From: Mytilus edulis
Lineage: Eukaryota
Reading direction: 5' to 3'
Length of the DNA: 64,000 bases
Assembly (NCBI RefSeq): GCF_963676685.1
Contig: NC_092349.1
Coordinates: forward strand, 75,392,001-75,456,000
The position numbers and the translations under genes are program-made. How positions within the stretch are numbered: the stretch's first letter is position 1; each line of letters opens with the position of its first letter. This document shows, one piece after another, positions 13,311 through 27,300 of the stretch. The notes below the pieces were generated by a model. It was given only the letters and a program-made list of their open reading frames with translations, was not told where the DNA came from and ran no database searches.

Positions 13311-16300
13311 ACCTTTCTATTTTATTTTTTTTATCAATTTCAGGTGTTACGTCATACTCCGAAAATTACGGATCTGTTCCGTCATTATGCCGAATTTTAT
13401 TTTGATGTCTGCCAAACGGCAACGGCGGTAAAGCCAAACAAACTTTTCTATGGTATTCAACCCTCCACAGGGTGAGTTTTCTGTTAAACTGTAGTTTTTA
13501 ACCTTTATTTCTATGTCCGATATACGTATTTAAAGTCTAAGGTCAGTCATTTTGAATTTAATTGTGATTTCAAACGATTCTCATGAGTCATATCTCACGT
13601 CACACTTATTTTGTATTTTACCTGTTAAATTGAGCATTCAGATGTTTATATGATGGTTATTTTGACTCCTCCATTTATTATACACAAGTCTCAGTCAATT
13701 TAAGCTTCTTAATTCGTGATTTTTTATTTTACTCCGTCAGTTTGACAAAATATTTTTTGTATTGAACGCCATTAGAGCCATTTATTTCGGCGTAAGCAGT
13801 ATCTGTATGGAACGCTTTTCGTGTCATAATTTTGTTATTCAAGATGTAATGTTATGGCATTTTTGATAATTTTTTGTTGTGTTCATAAGAATGACATATT
13901 TGTGAATGTATGGAGATTACTGAAACACTTTAGTTTCTGAATCTTACTAAGATACAGTTTCGACCAATTGGTAGTGTTGGACGTGCATTGTATGCAATGA
14001 TCCGTTTGCAGAAAATGTTGTTATGGCCATGGATGACCGTCACAGTAAACAAAACAAAAAGCAACAGTTGTTATTGAAAAGATGAGAATAAAAGAAATAA
14101 AATTGGTAAACACATTTACGTTAATTGTTTTAAACTATCATTGATTAGATGTACAGTTACTTTATCTGACAAAAAACCGCCAACCATTGGGGTATATAGG
14201 TCTCCCAATTGATGTGATATTCCGGGGCTTGTATTTCCGTGATGGAGGGTTGCACATGAGATCAGCCCCAGTTTTTGAAGGGATTCGTGTAGCTTAGTCT
14301 TAGCTTTCTATGTTGTGTCTTGTGAAGTATTATTTGTTTGTTTCTCTTTTCTTGTTTTAGCCATGGCGTTGTCAGTTCCTTTTTCGAACTATAAGTTTGA
14401 ATGTCCCTTTGGTATTTTTCGCCCCTCTTATATAAACATTACATCTATACATTTAAATGTGAGGATCTCGTTTTGTGTGTCGCTTCTTTGTCTTCCACAT
14501 ACAGAATTTACGTAATCATATTGACCAAGATCATGTGAAAATGAAAACAAATCTATGAACTGCATGAATTATTTTGAGTCGAATATAGTAAGTTTTTCCG
14601 ATGAAAACATTTACGCCATTTCAGTACAATTTGGCGTTTTTTGGTGCACAAATCGCCCCGTAACGTCATCGAATTATAGTGGTTGTGATTTATTGAGTAT
14701 TGTTTTATAGCTCTATTCATATGACGTAATTGATAACCCAATTCACCAAATAGTTTGTGGATTTCATTCATTGTTTATTAAAATACAGTCACAATTTCTT
14801 CCAATTGGACTGTCGTCGTCATCTGTTAACAGCTAGTTTTCACAGTTTCCCTCTTTTTCTATTCTCACGTTATTCAACATAAGAACACAGTGTATTCTTA
14901 CGATACCTTCTATAGCCACTTTTACATGATGAGATTTAAAGCAAATACCTAAGTCTGCTGGTTTAAAACGCTATATCGACATCAGTTCATGTTAACGATA
15001 CTTTTGATACCTTTCCTTAAATTCTCCAGGCATTGATTCATTAACAAAATTCAAAAGTTAACACAATTTCAACAACAGTCTAATTTCCCGCGATATAGTG
15101 GGTGTGTTCTAGAATAAAATATTGAAAACAACACGTAAATTAATTTTAAACGTCCAAAGCGCTTTTCTGAATTTACCTTCATCATTTCGAAGTAACTGAC
15201 AAACAGCATATGAGATTTATGCCGCTCGAAAAACTGTCAGTCAAGTTTGCCTTACTAAAATGGGTGACCTGAGGCAGTTTTAAAATGTGACTGTGTGTCT
15301 CATTTGAACCTCACCGTTCCTTTTGTGCGTGTGGACAAAGAATTTGTTTCCATCTTGATTCAAAATCCTATTAATGATTTTAGAACAACCAGACACTTTT
15401 TATATTCTAAATATTTATTATACTTTCCTCCTGATTTTTTTTCTTCTAGAAATCAAAGAACAAAATAAATGTATAGATCTTAATTATGCATGTCTGTGTG
15501 AGATCTATTTTATAAGACCAATGATTTAGAAATCAGGGACCCTTTTTAAATATGCTTATCTGTTTTTACCGGAGTAGATAATTATTTTCTTTTATTTTTT
15601 GGGAAATCATTCGATTTGTTTTTCACTTAATAACTTTGATGAAGATAATCCATTCATTTTGTGTTTATAAAGATTTTCATTTTGATAAAACGAAAAACTT
15701 TTTAAATTGTAGTAGCATGGTCATTATTAAAAAATATAAATGGTAGCATCGCAAATAGACTGAACTCCGAGGAAAATTCTAAACGGAAAGTCCCTAGTCA
15801 ATTGGCAAAATCAAATGATAAAACACATCAAACGAATGGACAACTACTGTCATATTCCTGACTTGGTACAGGCATTTTCAAATGGTGGACTAGGCCTGTG
15901 CATGTAGAATGAATAATGTATACAGTATAATTGTTTTTAATAATTGAGCAATTATTTATAAGATTTAGGAATAAACATTTGTAATTTTTTTTTTAATTGG
16001 TTTATACCAACATACCCACTTTTGTATAGATAAGTTCTTTAAATTTTTTAGCCATATTTGTATTTATAAAAATATTTATAAACCTAAATTTTGAATTATC
16101 TTTTATTTACATACCCAACTTTGCTTTTTGCTGTAGTAAGTGTAACTTGAAACAGCAGTATATTATGTGAAGAGAAATAAAGATAAAATTGTTTCCTTTC
16201 TCGCATAACAATTATAGTTCATATAAACATTTATAAAACTTCAAAATGGTATATAAGTAGAAAAAAACGCACGAGCGCGGTGTGGAGACTATTTGACATG

Positions 16301-16911
16301 TTTATGGTTATATACAGCTTGGGTTCGTGTTTCCAAAACTGCATTCATGTACTGATGCATTATGTTGACAGTTGTGATAAGTGTGTCAGTTCTTCTTCCA
16401 TAAAAATATGAATGTCAAATAAGAAGACTCTTTTTCCGTGGTACATATGTGCTCATAGAACGTTGGAAAGAACTCAGAGAAGAAGATGACAACCTAAACC
16501 ATAGAGGATATAAACTGTTTGCAGTGTTTCTAGTTTGTAGTAATTCATTAATTAAATATTCGAGTCAAGTTATGTCTGTGTGATACGTGTGCTCCAAGAA
16601 TATGGGAAATAACTAAGAGAAGACAATCTAGAACTCTCTTATGACTTGAAAGTGTTCTTCAGTGGTGCGAGTTTGTATAAAAAAAAATAAAAGATGCGAG
16701 TTCTGTGTCTGTTTGACACCAATGCTCCAAGAAAAAAAAAACTTTCTAAGAGAAGCAGAAACCAATCTTATGAAAAAATTCATTTCTTTGAGTTTCTTGT
16801 ATTTCTCTTTCTTGATTGGTGCAAAATTGATAAAGTGATACAATTTGTATTAATTAGTGAGAGTGTTTGAGTGGTGCGAGTTGGCCTAGGGCCGAGTTGT
16901 CATACATTTAA

Positions 16912-19900
16912 GGGGGTACATAACACCTAAGATAAGATAACTCTTACTCATAGTCCGATTCTTTGCTATGTTTTAAAATCATGTGCAATATGCAAGCTTT
17001 TAAAAGATCATGATCAGAATGTTTACATTATTGCTAAGAGCAGCTGTACACCTATTGTTATTCATTTAATCTTTTAATCCATTTAAAGTTACTCATTTTT
17101 AAATAAATGAATCTTCAAAGAGACATAAAAGGGAAATTTCAGAGTGAAAAAAATTACCAAAAGAAAACCAGGACGTTGGAAAAAGGGGGAATTGCACCAG
17201 GATATTTTTTTTAAGCTCGGGATTTCGGGATAAGGGAATTCTTTTTTCAAACTTCGGAATAGCGGGATTTCAATTTATTTAAACTTGGGATTTCGTGTTT
17301 TTAGCCCGGGATTTCGGGACCCCTTCTACCTACCCGGCTCCCCCATCTGACATCATTTCTTGAATTTTAATTTTTCATTCTTTAGGGACCTGCAATTTTC
17401 ATTTTTGCTGTTTTTGTTTGCTCAAATTCGTGTCTTGCCTTTTCTCAAATTTCATCCAAGGCTCCGACAATAAAATGTTAACTAAATAAATAAATAAACC
17501 ATGGACAATTATACAATGCTTCTGTTCCTAGATCTTCGTACAAAATTGATTAAAATCAAAACTAAATGGACTCCACAATACTTTTTTTTTAAAACCATAC
17601 ATGTAGTTTTTAATGAAATATGGGCTTAGAAATTAATATACGTAGTAATGTTAAATAGGTTATGAATAATTTATAATAATTTCTGGCATATATTTTTGAA
17701 GTGCAATTCAATTGAATATTTTATTACATGATTTATATTCATGTAAAAAGTAAGAAGATACCGAGGGGGATAATCAACCGTCCACCAGTGCATCACTAAC
17801 ATGTCATGGAACAAAGACAGCAAGAAGAAAAAAACATCCTATTCAGTCCATATTCATATGAATAAAAATATATTACATCTTTCTACTATCTTTTTTCAAC
17901 CTTTATCCTGACAGGTGTAGAAAATAAACGGGTGTCTTCTATTCCGTCCGCAATTTTAGGGAAATAAAAGTCTATAATTAGAATCGTGGTTGAAACTGAA
18001 ACTACACATGTATGATATAAATAAAACATGTTATTTTTGCATTATCAATGAATTTCGAAAGGATAGTAAAATTTGTTATTTTCCTTTTATTGTGCTTTTG
18101 TCATGTTTGTGTATCTTTCCGATTTTTTTTTTATCAAATGCAATTTTGAAATAAATATAAAAAAGAAAGTGTGGTGTTATACTGCACGTGACAAGTGATT
18201 TTTTTTCTTCTCAAGTCTCAATTCAAGATTATTACTGAATGGAGTAATCGTTCTCTATAATAACAAGGGGCTCAAAAAATAATGTGAAACTTGTAACTGC
18301 CGTGCTTTTAACTAAAAACCAGTTGTATCTTATTTTCATAACCTCTGCAGAAATACTAAAAAAGTTCTATGTTTAACGAACTTGACTTCACAGTATAAGG
18401 ATTTTGCACAGTCAGCTCTATTTCATCTCTCATGAGCCGTCATTCTTTGCACGAATAGTTTTGTTCTTAAGTTTTGAATTGTATATTTTTGTATTTTTGA
18501 ATCTGTAGACCAATAAATTGAAAATCTTGCTCATGTAAAGCATCTGCCAACTTTAAAGCTTTTCCCTATGTATCATAGGTTTTTTGACGTGTTAAATCAA
18601 AAATCAGTTACATCCTTTTTTTACCCCTGCAACTGAATGTCATGGAGGGTGGTATTGTTTTACCCCTGTCCGTCTGTCCTTCCGTCCGTCCCATTATTGG
18701 TATATATTTGGCATATATATAACTCCTCCTACTGTTTGATAACAAGGAAATTTTCACCTTGCTGTCTGTTGAGTAGTTAAGTACGTACAGTGCGCGCGTC
18801 AATAGAAACTATTCCTTTTTCAAACAATGTTATGAGACTACATGTCCATTATGTATTCCGTGTTCGTGGAATGGATTGACATGTCATAAAATGTGTCTAT
18901 ATTGTTGTATGGTCGATTAAAGCTTGTGTAATATGATTTTTTTAAAATAAATATGAATTCATAACTACATAAATGGCATGGCCCGTACAAGTGTTTCTTA
19001 CAAAAAAACACAATTATCATCATCGTGATCAACCTTCAAGGTCACATGAAGGTCACAATTTTAAGAAGGCACACTACCTCATGATGATACATCCACATGC
19101 CAAAGATGTAAGACCTAGGTCAAGGGCGAAGAAGTTATGGCCTACATGGTTGTGTTTTTCATGAAAAAAAAACAATATAAAGTTGACCTTGAGGTCATAT
19201 TTGAAGGTCACAATAAGGTCATCATGATGCAAGACACTTAACCCCGTGATGATACATCCACATGCCAAATATCTAGGGCCTAGTTCAAAAGACGGAAAAA
19301 AATATGGCCATTATGTACTTTTTGAATAGATTTTGCCCTTATTTAATGAACCAATTTGAGGGTGGGGGATACTTTAAACTTAAATACCAAAAAATCTAAC
19401 GGTTAAATTTTTTAAACATTTTGCGAGAACAACAGACTAGTATAGCACTCCAAATGCTTAGTTTTTTGAAAAAATTAAACGACACATTTTTTTTCCAAAA
19501 AAAAATTCTATTTCAAATACTAGAAGCACAGCATTCACTTTTCGGGGCTGATTTTGACACCCCCTATTAAATTTCAGGCAAAATATTAAATCTAGAATAA
19601 AAGACTTACAAGAAAAGGGTATCAGTGAACTAATATTTACCTCAGCTATCATTATTAGCTATGCTATTGTCAATTTAGGATTAAATTTTAAAAATTTTAA
19701 CATATTTAACCCCATACCCATATTTCAGAAACTTCCAATTTTGGCTGATTCTAGTATGTAAAAGATGCTATATTTGAGTTGCCAAATTTTTTAAACCTAT
19801 GGTTCAAATCTTTTAAAATTTTTACAAGATGTTTAGGTTGGCCTAGTTTATCAATGAAAAAAAATAAGAAAAATTAAACGACAGGAATTTTTTGGGGTAT

Positions 19901-19916
19901 AGTGTTAGGTACCCCC
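16912..19916. mobile_element. 3.0-kb non-autonomous TTAA DNA transposon (Kolobok-like) carrying other repeats
   Basis: TTAA|GGGGGTACATAACAC ... GTGTTAGGTACCCCC|TTAA: 15-bp TIR with one mismatch and TTAA TSD. Confidence 0.8.
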
Positions 19917-20866
19917 TTAAGACAAATTGATTAAAGAACCATTTCCGCCCGCACAAAACGTATCCGTTTAAAGAATAAGATACGGAACTTATTTGGGGTT
20001 CAATAACTTCATGTTATTAACATACAATACTTCAGACGATCGTCATCTCGACGACAAACCGGGTAAAAAATTAAGTTCTACAAATTTAATAGTACATATT
20101 AGAGTTTAAACAGTACTTTATTAAATTCAAATGACTCAATCTCTCAAATGTATAAAAGCTTCTATTTGAGCACTGTATCATTTTTTTAAAGTTTGCATAG
20201 CCAATAGCCATGTTCAACCCACCATTTTGTCTTCAAATGTCTTATACTAAGTCAGTAATATTGCAGTTGTTATCAACTAGTTCGTTTCTTTGAATGTTGG
20301 CGTTTGTTTATGTTTCACTTCAGTGTTCCTGTTGTTCCTTTGTTTTCCTTTTATAGTTGTTGTGTTCCCCTCGAATTAGTTTGTGATCCGGATTTGTTTT
20401 CTCTCAGTCTATTTATGACTTTTAAATACCAGTATGTTACATTTGCCTTTGTTTATATGATATATATATAACGATCAAGTGATCGAACGTCTAAATATGA
20501 CACAAGTCGCAACTTTCACGAGTAAAGTAAAAGAGAGGACAAAGGGATCAAAGGGATATTCGAGTGAAAACAAATCAGGGTTACAAACTAAAACTGAGGG
20601 AAACAAATCAACTTTAAGAGGGAAAAAACACAAAACAACAATAACACTGAAGTGCAACAAAAAACAAAAAATACAATGCACTACACACAGAAACGAACAA
20701 TTACATAACACGTTACATACAGCTATAGATGGTAGCATATATAGGGGAACCTGACTGTTTTTTTTTTTGTAGATATGTAAAAATTAATGATACCAGGTAA
20801 TTTGCTATGACAAATCCTTACAAAACATACGACGAAGTGAACAGATTTTTTTATGGCAATTGAGAA

Positions 20867-21342
20867 GTTATCAAATGTACCAGGATTATAATTTAATACG
20901 CCAGACGCGCGTTTCGTCTACATAAGACTCATCAGTTACCCTCAATTAAAAAACAGTTATAAAACCGAACAAATAAGAAGTTGAAGAGCATTGAGGACCC
21001 GAAATTCGAAAAAAAGTTGTGCCAAATACGGCTAAGGATAAAAAAATCCTTAGTATTTTGAGAACTTTAAAAATTTTAGCAGAAAATTTATAAATTTTAA
21101 ATGACTTTATATTCTGGTAATACCCTCGGGGACGAAACGTCCACCAGCAGTGGCATCGACCCAGTGGTGTAAAAGTTATCAAAGGTACCAGGTTATAATT
21201 TAATACACCAGAAGCGCGTTTCGTCTACATTAGACTCGTCAGTGACGTTCAGTTCAAAAACGTTATAAAGTCGAACAAGTAAGAGGTTGAAGAGCATTGA
21301 GGACCCAAAGTTCCACAAAAGTTGTGTCAAATACGGCTAAGA
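20867..21342 (-). ncRNA. Retrozyme / Penelope-associated repeat: ~1.5 tandem units (period ~308 bp), each with a minimal type I hammerhead ribozyme
   Basis: Minus strand CTGATGA-GTCTTATGTAGAC-GAAA-CGCGCG-TC (~20900-20940) and CTGACGA-GTCTAATGTAGAC-GAAA-CGCGCT-TC (~21205-21248); flanked by aattgagaa / aattaagaa. Confidence 0.8.
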
Positions 21343-24300
21343 AATTAAGAATCTATATGATGTTCTTGGTTTGAGGTGCACTGGAATACCTTACAAAAGA
21401 AGTTCAGAATTGCCGCTTGTACCAAGACAGGAATATGACATTTGTTGTCCATTCGTTTGATGTATTTTATCATTTAATTTTGCCATATGATTAGGGACTT
21501 TCCCTTTGAATTTTATTCAGAGTTCAGTATTTGTGTGAGTTTACATTTTACTTAATATAAACACTAAATGCTACTTCTACGTCACAAACAGACGTAGCCT
21601 TTAGATACAACCATCAAAACGCGACGTTGAGACTCTCGCGTTTATATTAACATTATTCCATCCGGTAGCTTGCGGTCATATAGTTTTACTGAGATCCAAT
21701 ACTAGTAGTTGGAAACTATTGACCGGTCAAATAGTTCAACGCTTGTTGTTTGAAAAATAGTGTGTATTTATTTTAGATAGAATAAGATAACTGGGGTATA
21801 GTACATATATAACTATCCTAGATGGTAGCATATATAGGGGAACTTGACTGTTTCTTTTGTAGATACTAATATTGAAAAAAATATTGATATAAGGTGATTT
21901 TTCATAACAAATCCTTACAAAATATACGACGAAGTAGACAGATTTTGCCATGGCAATTAAAAATCTATATGATGTACTTCGTTAAGTTGCACTATAATAC
22001 CTTACGAAACAAGTTCAGAATTAAATGGTTCAGAGGAGTGGATCAGAACAGTTTGTGATATACCTAACAATTTACGAAATTAGGGGACAGTTATGACACC
22101 CAGGGACTACTCATATGGTGTACTACGTTATATACTAGTACATAATACGTTTTGGCATGGCAACTACAAAAATCAATGGTTTATGAGTAGGACAGGAATG
22201 GTTTAACGTGTTTGGCAAATAAATATGACTAAAGGGAGGATGCATGTACCTTTTGTTGAAGCTAGTGATGTGAACTCGGAATAAAAATATACTAATCGAG
22301 TAATAGTATATGTACTTGTTAGATATACCGAGTGACATCCGAGCACTCGCTCGAAAAAAACATTTAATAAATGACAAACAAAATTGGACCATTTTTACAT
22401 CTTGTGGATCGTTGTCTTATGGAAATAAAACCCTTAACAGTATTATTTAGGACTAGATAACAGTCTTAGTAATGTTGTACTATAAATAAATGCTCATTTA
22501 GACGTGACTCTGTACTTATTTATCCAGTCATTGTGTTATTGTTCTTTGATAATTATTTTATTATTGCTTTTTATTTTGTGTGTTTCTTTGATACATATAA
22601 CGTGGCTCTGTACATACATCTCGTCATTAAGTTATCATGATATTGAAATTTTTTGTCTTCTTGTCTTTCATTTTTGCGTATGTGCTCTGTCTATATGCCT
22701 TTTTGTGATTTTTTGTAACATATACGTTTGTATGTTTGTTTTTATAGTGATTAAGATTATAACACAATGTTGATTGCTTTGTTCCTTTTTTTTTTGACAA
22801 TTATATATATTAATAAAATTGAGAATGAAAATGGGGAATGTGTCAAAGAGACAACAACCTGACCATAGAGCAGACAACAGCCGAAGACCACCAATGGGTT
22901 TCCAATGCACTGAGAAACTCTAGCACCCGGAGGGGTCCTTCAGCTGGCCCCTAAACAATTCTGTTACTATTTCAGTGATAATGGACGTCATACTAAACTC
23001 CAAACTATACACTAGAAACTAAAATTAAAAATCATACAAGACTACTCGAGTACTCGTTAACATCCCTTGTTTAAACCCTTGGTAAATAGGAAAGGTCTAA
23101 GCAAGACAGGTAAGATGAAATGCAAATAAGGTAATGATATTGATCATTTTATGATAACTTATAACTTTTATATCAAGAGGCTTGGAATGACGCTAACGGG
23201 CTTTCCTTTAAAAAAAATGGAAAATGTCTTAACATAGAAAGCTTTCATAATTACAGTTTTGTGCTCGACATTTAGAAAATTACTTTTTCCCCTTATGAGT
23301 CAAATATCTCAAAAGAAAGTTGGTGAAACATGGTTAAGTCAAAGAAAGTCTCGTCTATTTTTTTTGTAAATCACCGGAAGGTTCAATAACCGTATCAATT
23401 TCACAAGTAATAGATGAAAGTCATAAGGTAAAGATTCTAGGTATTGACGTTGGTTATCATTGTTTTACATTGTTCTTTTTTGTTTTCCCTTGTACATGTT
23501 TAACCTTAACTGATAAGTACATTTCTGTGTACTACACTTTATCGTGCCATTGTGTTATTGTTAATTTTGTATTCGTATTTCATTTTTGCCTATTTGCTTT
23601 GTCTTTTAATAGTAAGTATGGTATTGTGTTGTCTTTGTGTGAATAATAATTAAGACTATATTACTATACTGAGGGCTGCTTTTGCACATATATTTCTGTC
23701 AATATAATTAAATTAAATGCGACTGCATTTCAAGTGAGACGTTAACCAAGCTATAATATATGTATAGTTCACCATTTTCAATATAAGATATGAATGTACC
23801 ACGTTAGGAATATGACAGTTGCTTTCCATTTGTTCGGTGTATCAGTGCTTTTGATATTGCTATTTTTTAAATGCATTTTTGTTTTGAATTTTCATTGGAG
23901 TTCGGTATTTTTGCTATTTTTACTTTCCAATGTATTTCTTGCGCAGAAATCTATTTCTACGTGGATTAATTTAATTATATCTGTCTTGCTTAAAAGTATA
24001 AATTTGTGAAAGTTTTGTTGAGTTTGTTTCCGCAGTTTGCTTACGTGTATGAACTGTTTCAACCAATAGACCTATTTCCTATGGTGTGAAAATTTTGAGA
24101 CAGTTGATAAAATCTAACATGTTCAAGACACAATGCACATAGCCATTAGCATCTGACAGTTAAAGCATATTTACATACACACTGTGAAAACAGTGAACTC
24201 AATGAAAACTTATGTTTAAACGAAGGATTATCCCAACCTACATATATATGCTTGAATTAATAACGGAATACAGGTGACACTGAGTATACAGATGGCATGA

Positions 24301-24358
24301 AAATTATAAAAATGTAGAATGAATACATTAACCAATCTAATAATTGTCAAATTTCAAT

Positions 24359-27300
24359 TTATTCCATTGGAAACAAAATCCAGCCCGAATATGTATCAAA
24401 TGTGTTGCCGTCCACGACTCCGCTTCCTATATTCGCCGTTCTGATCCATACGTGGTCACTTTTGTTTACCTATTTCAAAAGAGTATATAAAATAAAAATT
24501 CAACAACATGTGTTCTACTTTTAGGAGCATATTAATTTTATCATGATAATAACCTATCACTGTGAAACTGGTTATAAAAGAGTAGTTGTCTACAATTTAC
24601 TGCAAATTATGTTGTAAAAAAACCGACATTTATACATTTATGTTGATGGATACACATGTAATCAAGATTCCCTAATGGACATTCAGGTGAACTTCGTTAG
24701 TACTAGACCAAAAGGTGTGACACATGATTATCTTTTACAAATTTTCAGGCAACAGCTAGACTAAAGTGATTGCAAAAACTCACATATTCCTTTGAGGTAA
24801 AGTGGGATTTTTAGAGATTCTTCGTGTATTTATTCATGTATTGTATATAACCGAAAACTTACTTATACCCCAAATTTTTAAATATTTTTTCCGATACCAT
24901 TATTGAAACTATCCGACTTCAAAGTATATATATAGCGATGCCATATACACATGATACATGCATTTTACTAATATTAAAATATCTTCAATTTGAAAAGATG
25001 ATTTGACTACATAAGAAAAAAAGTATTGGTAACTTTTGGTAGTTTGTGCACTTCAACTTCGTACTTGGCCTTTTAAATTTGTGGCTGCTTTGAGGACCCA
25101 TTAGTGGCCTTCAGCTGTTATCTGCTCTTTGGTAGGGTTGTTGTCTCTTTGATATATTACTAATTTCCATTCTCATTGTTTTGTTGTATTGATTTATTAC
25201 AAAACTTTCTAACACACTAAAAAAACATATATAAAAAATTGCGTTTTTCGCCTAATAGTTTCAGTTATTTTTTCTTTAGATAGCCCCTTTTCACCATTTT
25301 GGCGAAATTCTGTATATGTCACATGCAACTTTACAATCAGTTATATTGTATATAAGTTATCTTTACCAAAAATGTGTCATTACCTTTAGGACAACAATTT
25401 GTGTACCACTACCGTAGTCACTACCAGTTCCTGAGTCCACTTGGGTGTATGCATATGGAGTGCCGTTTACGACCAACTCTGTATTTTGCCAATCATTCAT
25501 TCCTACCGATGCCGTCCAAGTAAATACGTAAAAACCACTAATAGGAACTACAAATACACCATCGCCATTATTGTACGAAGACGTTGTATCCAGTATAACC
25601 TATATATTATGTATTCAAAAGGGATGTTAAAAGTAATAATTGTATTTATGAATATTAACATCAGCTACAATTAAAGCATTCAAACATTTATTGTTTTAAT
25701 TGTTTTGTATCAATGATGTGGCGGTTAGACATACAAGAATTTTTTTTTATCGTCATATAAGTCTAATTGCGGCTCAGCATTTTACTTATACAAATGATCT
25801 TAGTAGGCCTTTTGTTGTTTAATATTTATTTCTATTCCTCTTACCAGTTGCATTTCATTATTCTTTATAGATATCATTGAGCAAACTTGGTCAGTGATCA
25901 TGAAAGTAGAACAAATGCTTCTATTTGTCATACTTTTTTCTACGAATTGTGCTGTTATTTAACGAACACGTTAGGTAGTTATCCACTGTAGTAAAATTAG
26001 GATATATCTTAAAACACCAGAAGTTATCAACAATTTCAAAACTCACAACGCCCTTACATCACTTGATCACTTGGCACCATGAGACATGAACTAAACGTTA
26101 AACTCAATACAAATAGCAGCCTAACGTGTCAATATGATTACTTTACGCGGTAGGTGGTAAAACTCAGTTAAAATGCAAGATGGTACTTATTAATAATACG
26201 TGCATGATATCTACTAATTTTCATTAAGAACTCGCATGTAAAATTAAGTCGAAGCAAATGAAGCGTAAAGTTAAGATTAGTGACTTTATCTTACCCGTAG
26301 ATGCATCATATCATCTCGTAAAACGATTGTAAGTATTTATCTTAACTAATACCTATAACGTAATCAATGTCAACTAAATGTTTATACATGTAGGTCTGAT
26401 TATCATTTTACTCTTCCATCAGGTTATCTAAATGTTAGTCATTTAGCATTTGTTAACTGAATTGGAGCGTAAAATTTTTCGAACTCAATTCAAGGATTAT
26501 TATCAGTTCCTCCAAGATGTATCTGGTAATAATTGCTCACCAAGTGACATTAACGCGTCGTTTATAGACATTTATGTTGTTTCACAAATGCAATTCGTCC
26601 GGTCGATATTCTAATTTGAAAATATAGCGTAATCTTCGGCACATTTATATTATTAAATAAATCTGTTATTATATAAATCTGAAATTTATGTAAACATGAT
26701 AAAGTGTATAATATGACTCAATGAACAGTGTCGTTTTGGACTGATAAGTGCCTAGTCAGAAACTGGACCATGGTATCAAAATGGCATGACATTATTACTA
26801 TTCACAACATGATAATGTGAAAGTATCCTCATAACAAATGCCAATTTTCAAATCAAAACTTATCAATCCCTGCATATATAGGATGATATATGTGAACTAT
26901 TAAGATTTCCCAATTCTATAAATACAAAAACTTATTTATATCAACTCACTCATTAATCACAAATAAAAAATCATCACTGTTTGTTAACGATTGGACCTTT
27001 ATATTAGATAATTTCCAAATGCAAACACACATAATAAATTGGACAATATTCCTTTTTCGTTGATTAGAAATCGGCGATTCTTCAGTGATCCATAGCCTTC
27101 AATGATGATATTCTAATAGCAACAAAGACGTATGTTATGAGTTCAATGCACAGAAGATGTATTTCTGGACTAACCTTCAAAACATACACACGTGACAAAA
27201 TTACATGAATATCAGATTAATGGTTATCTGGTGAATACTATTAATGCACTGAATAAACCATCCCTTAACTGATCTAAATATTTTACATGATAATAGTGGT

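Noticed and set aside
15145-15190. Third hammerhead ribozyme
   Set aside because: Minus-strand ATGATGAAGG...GAAAAGCGCT lacks the intact CUGAUGA core; at most a dead remnant.
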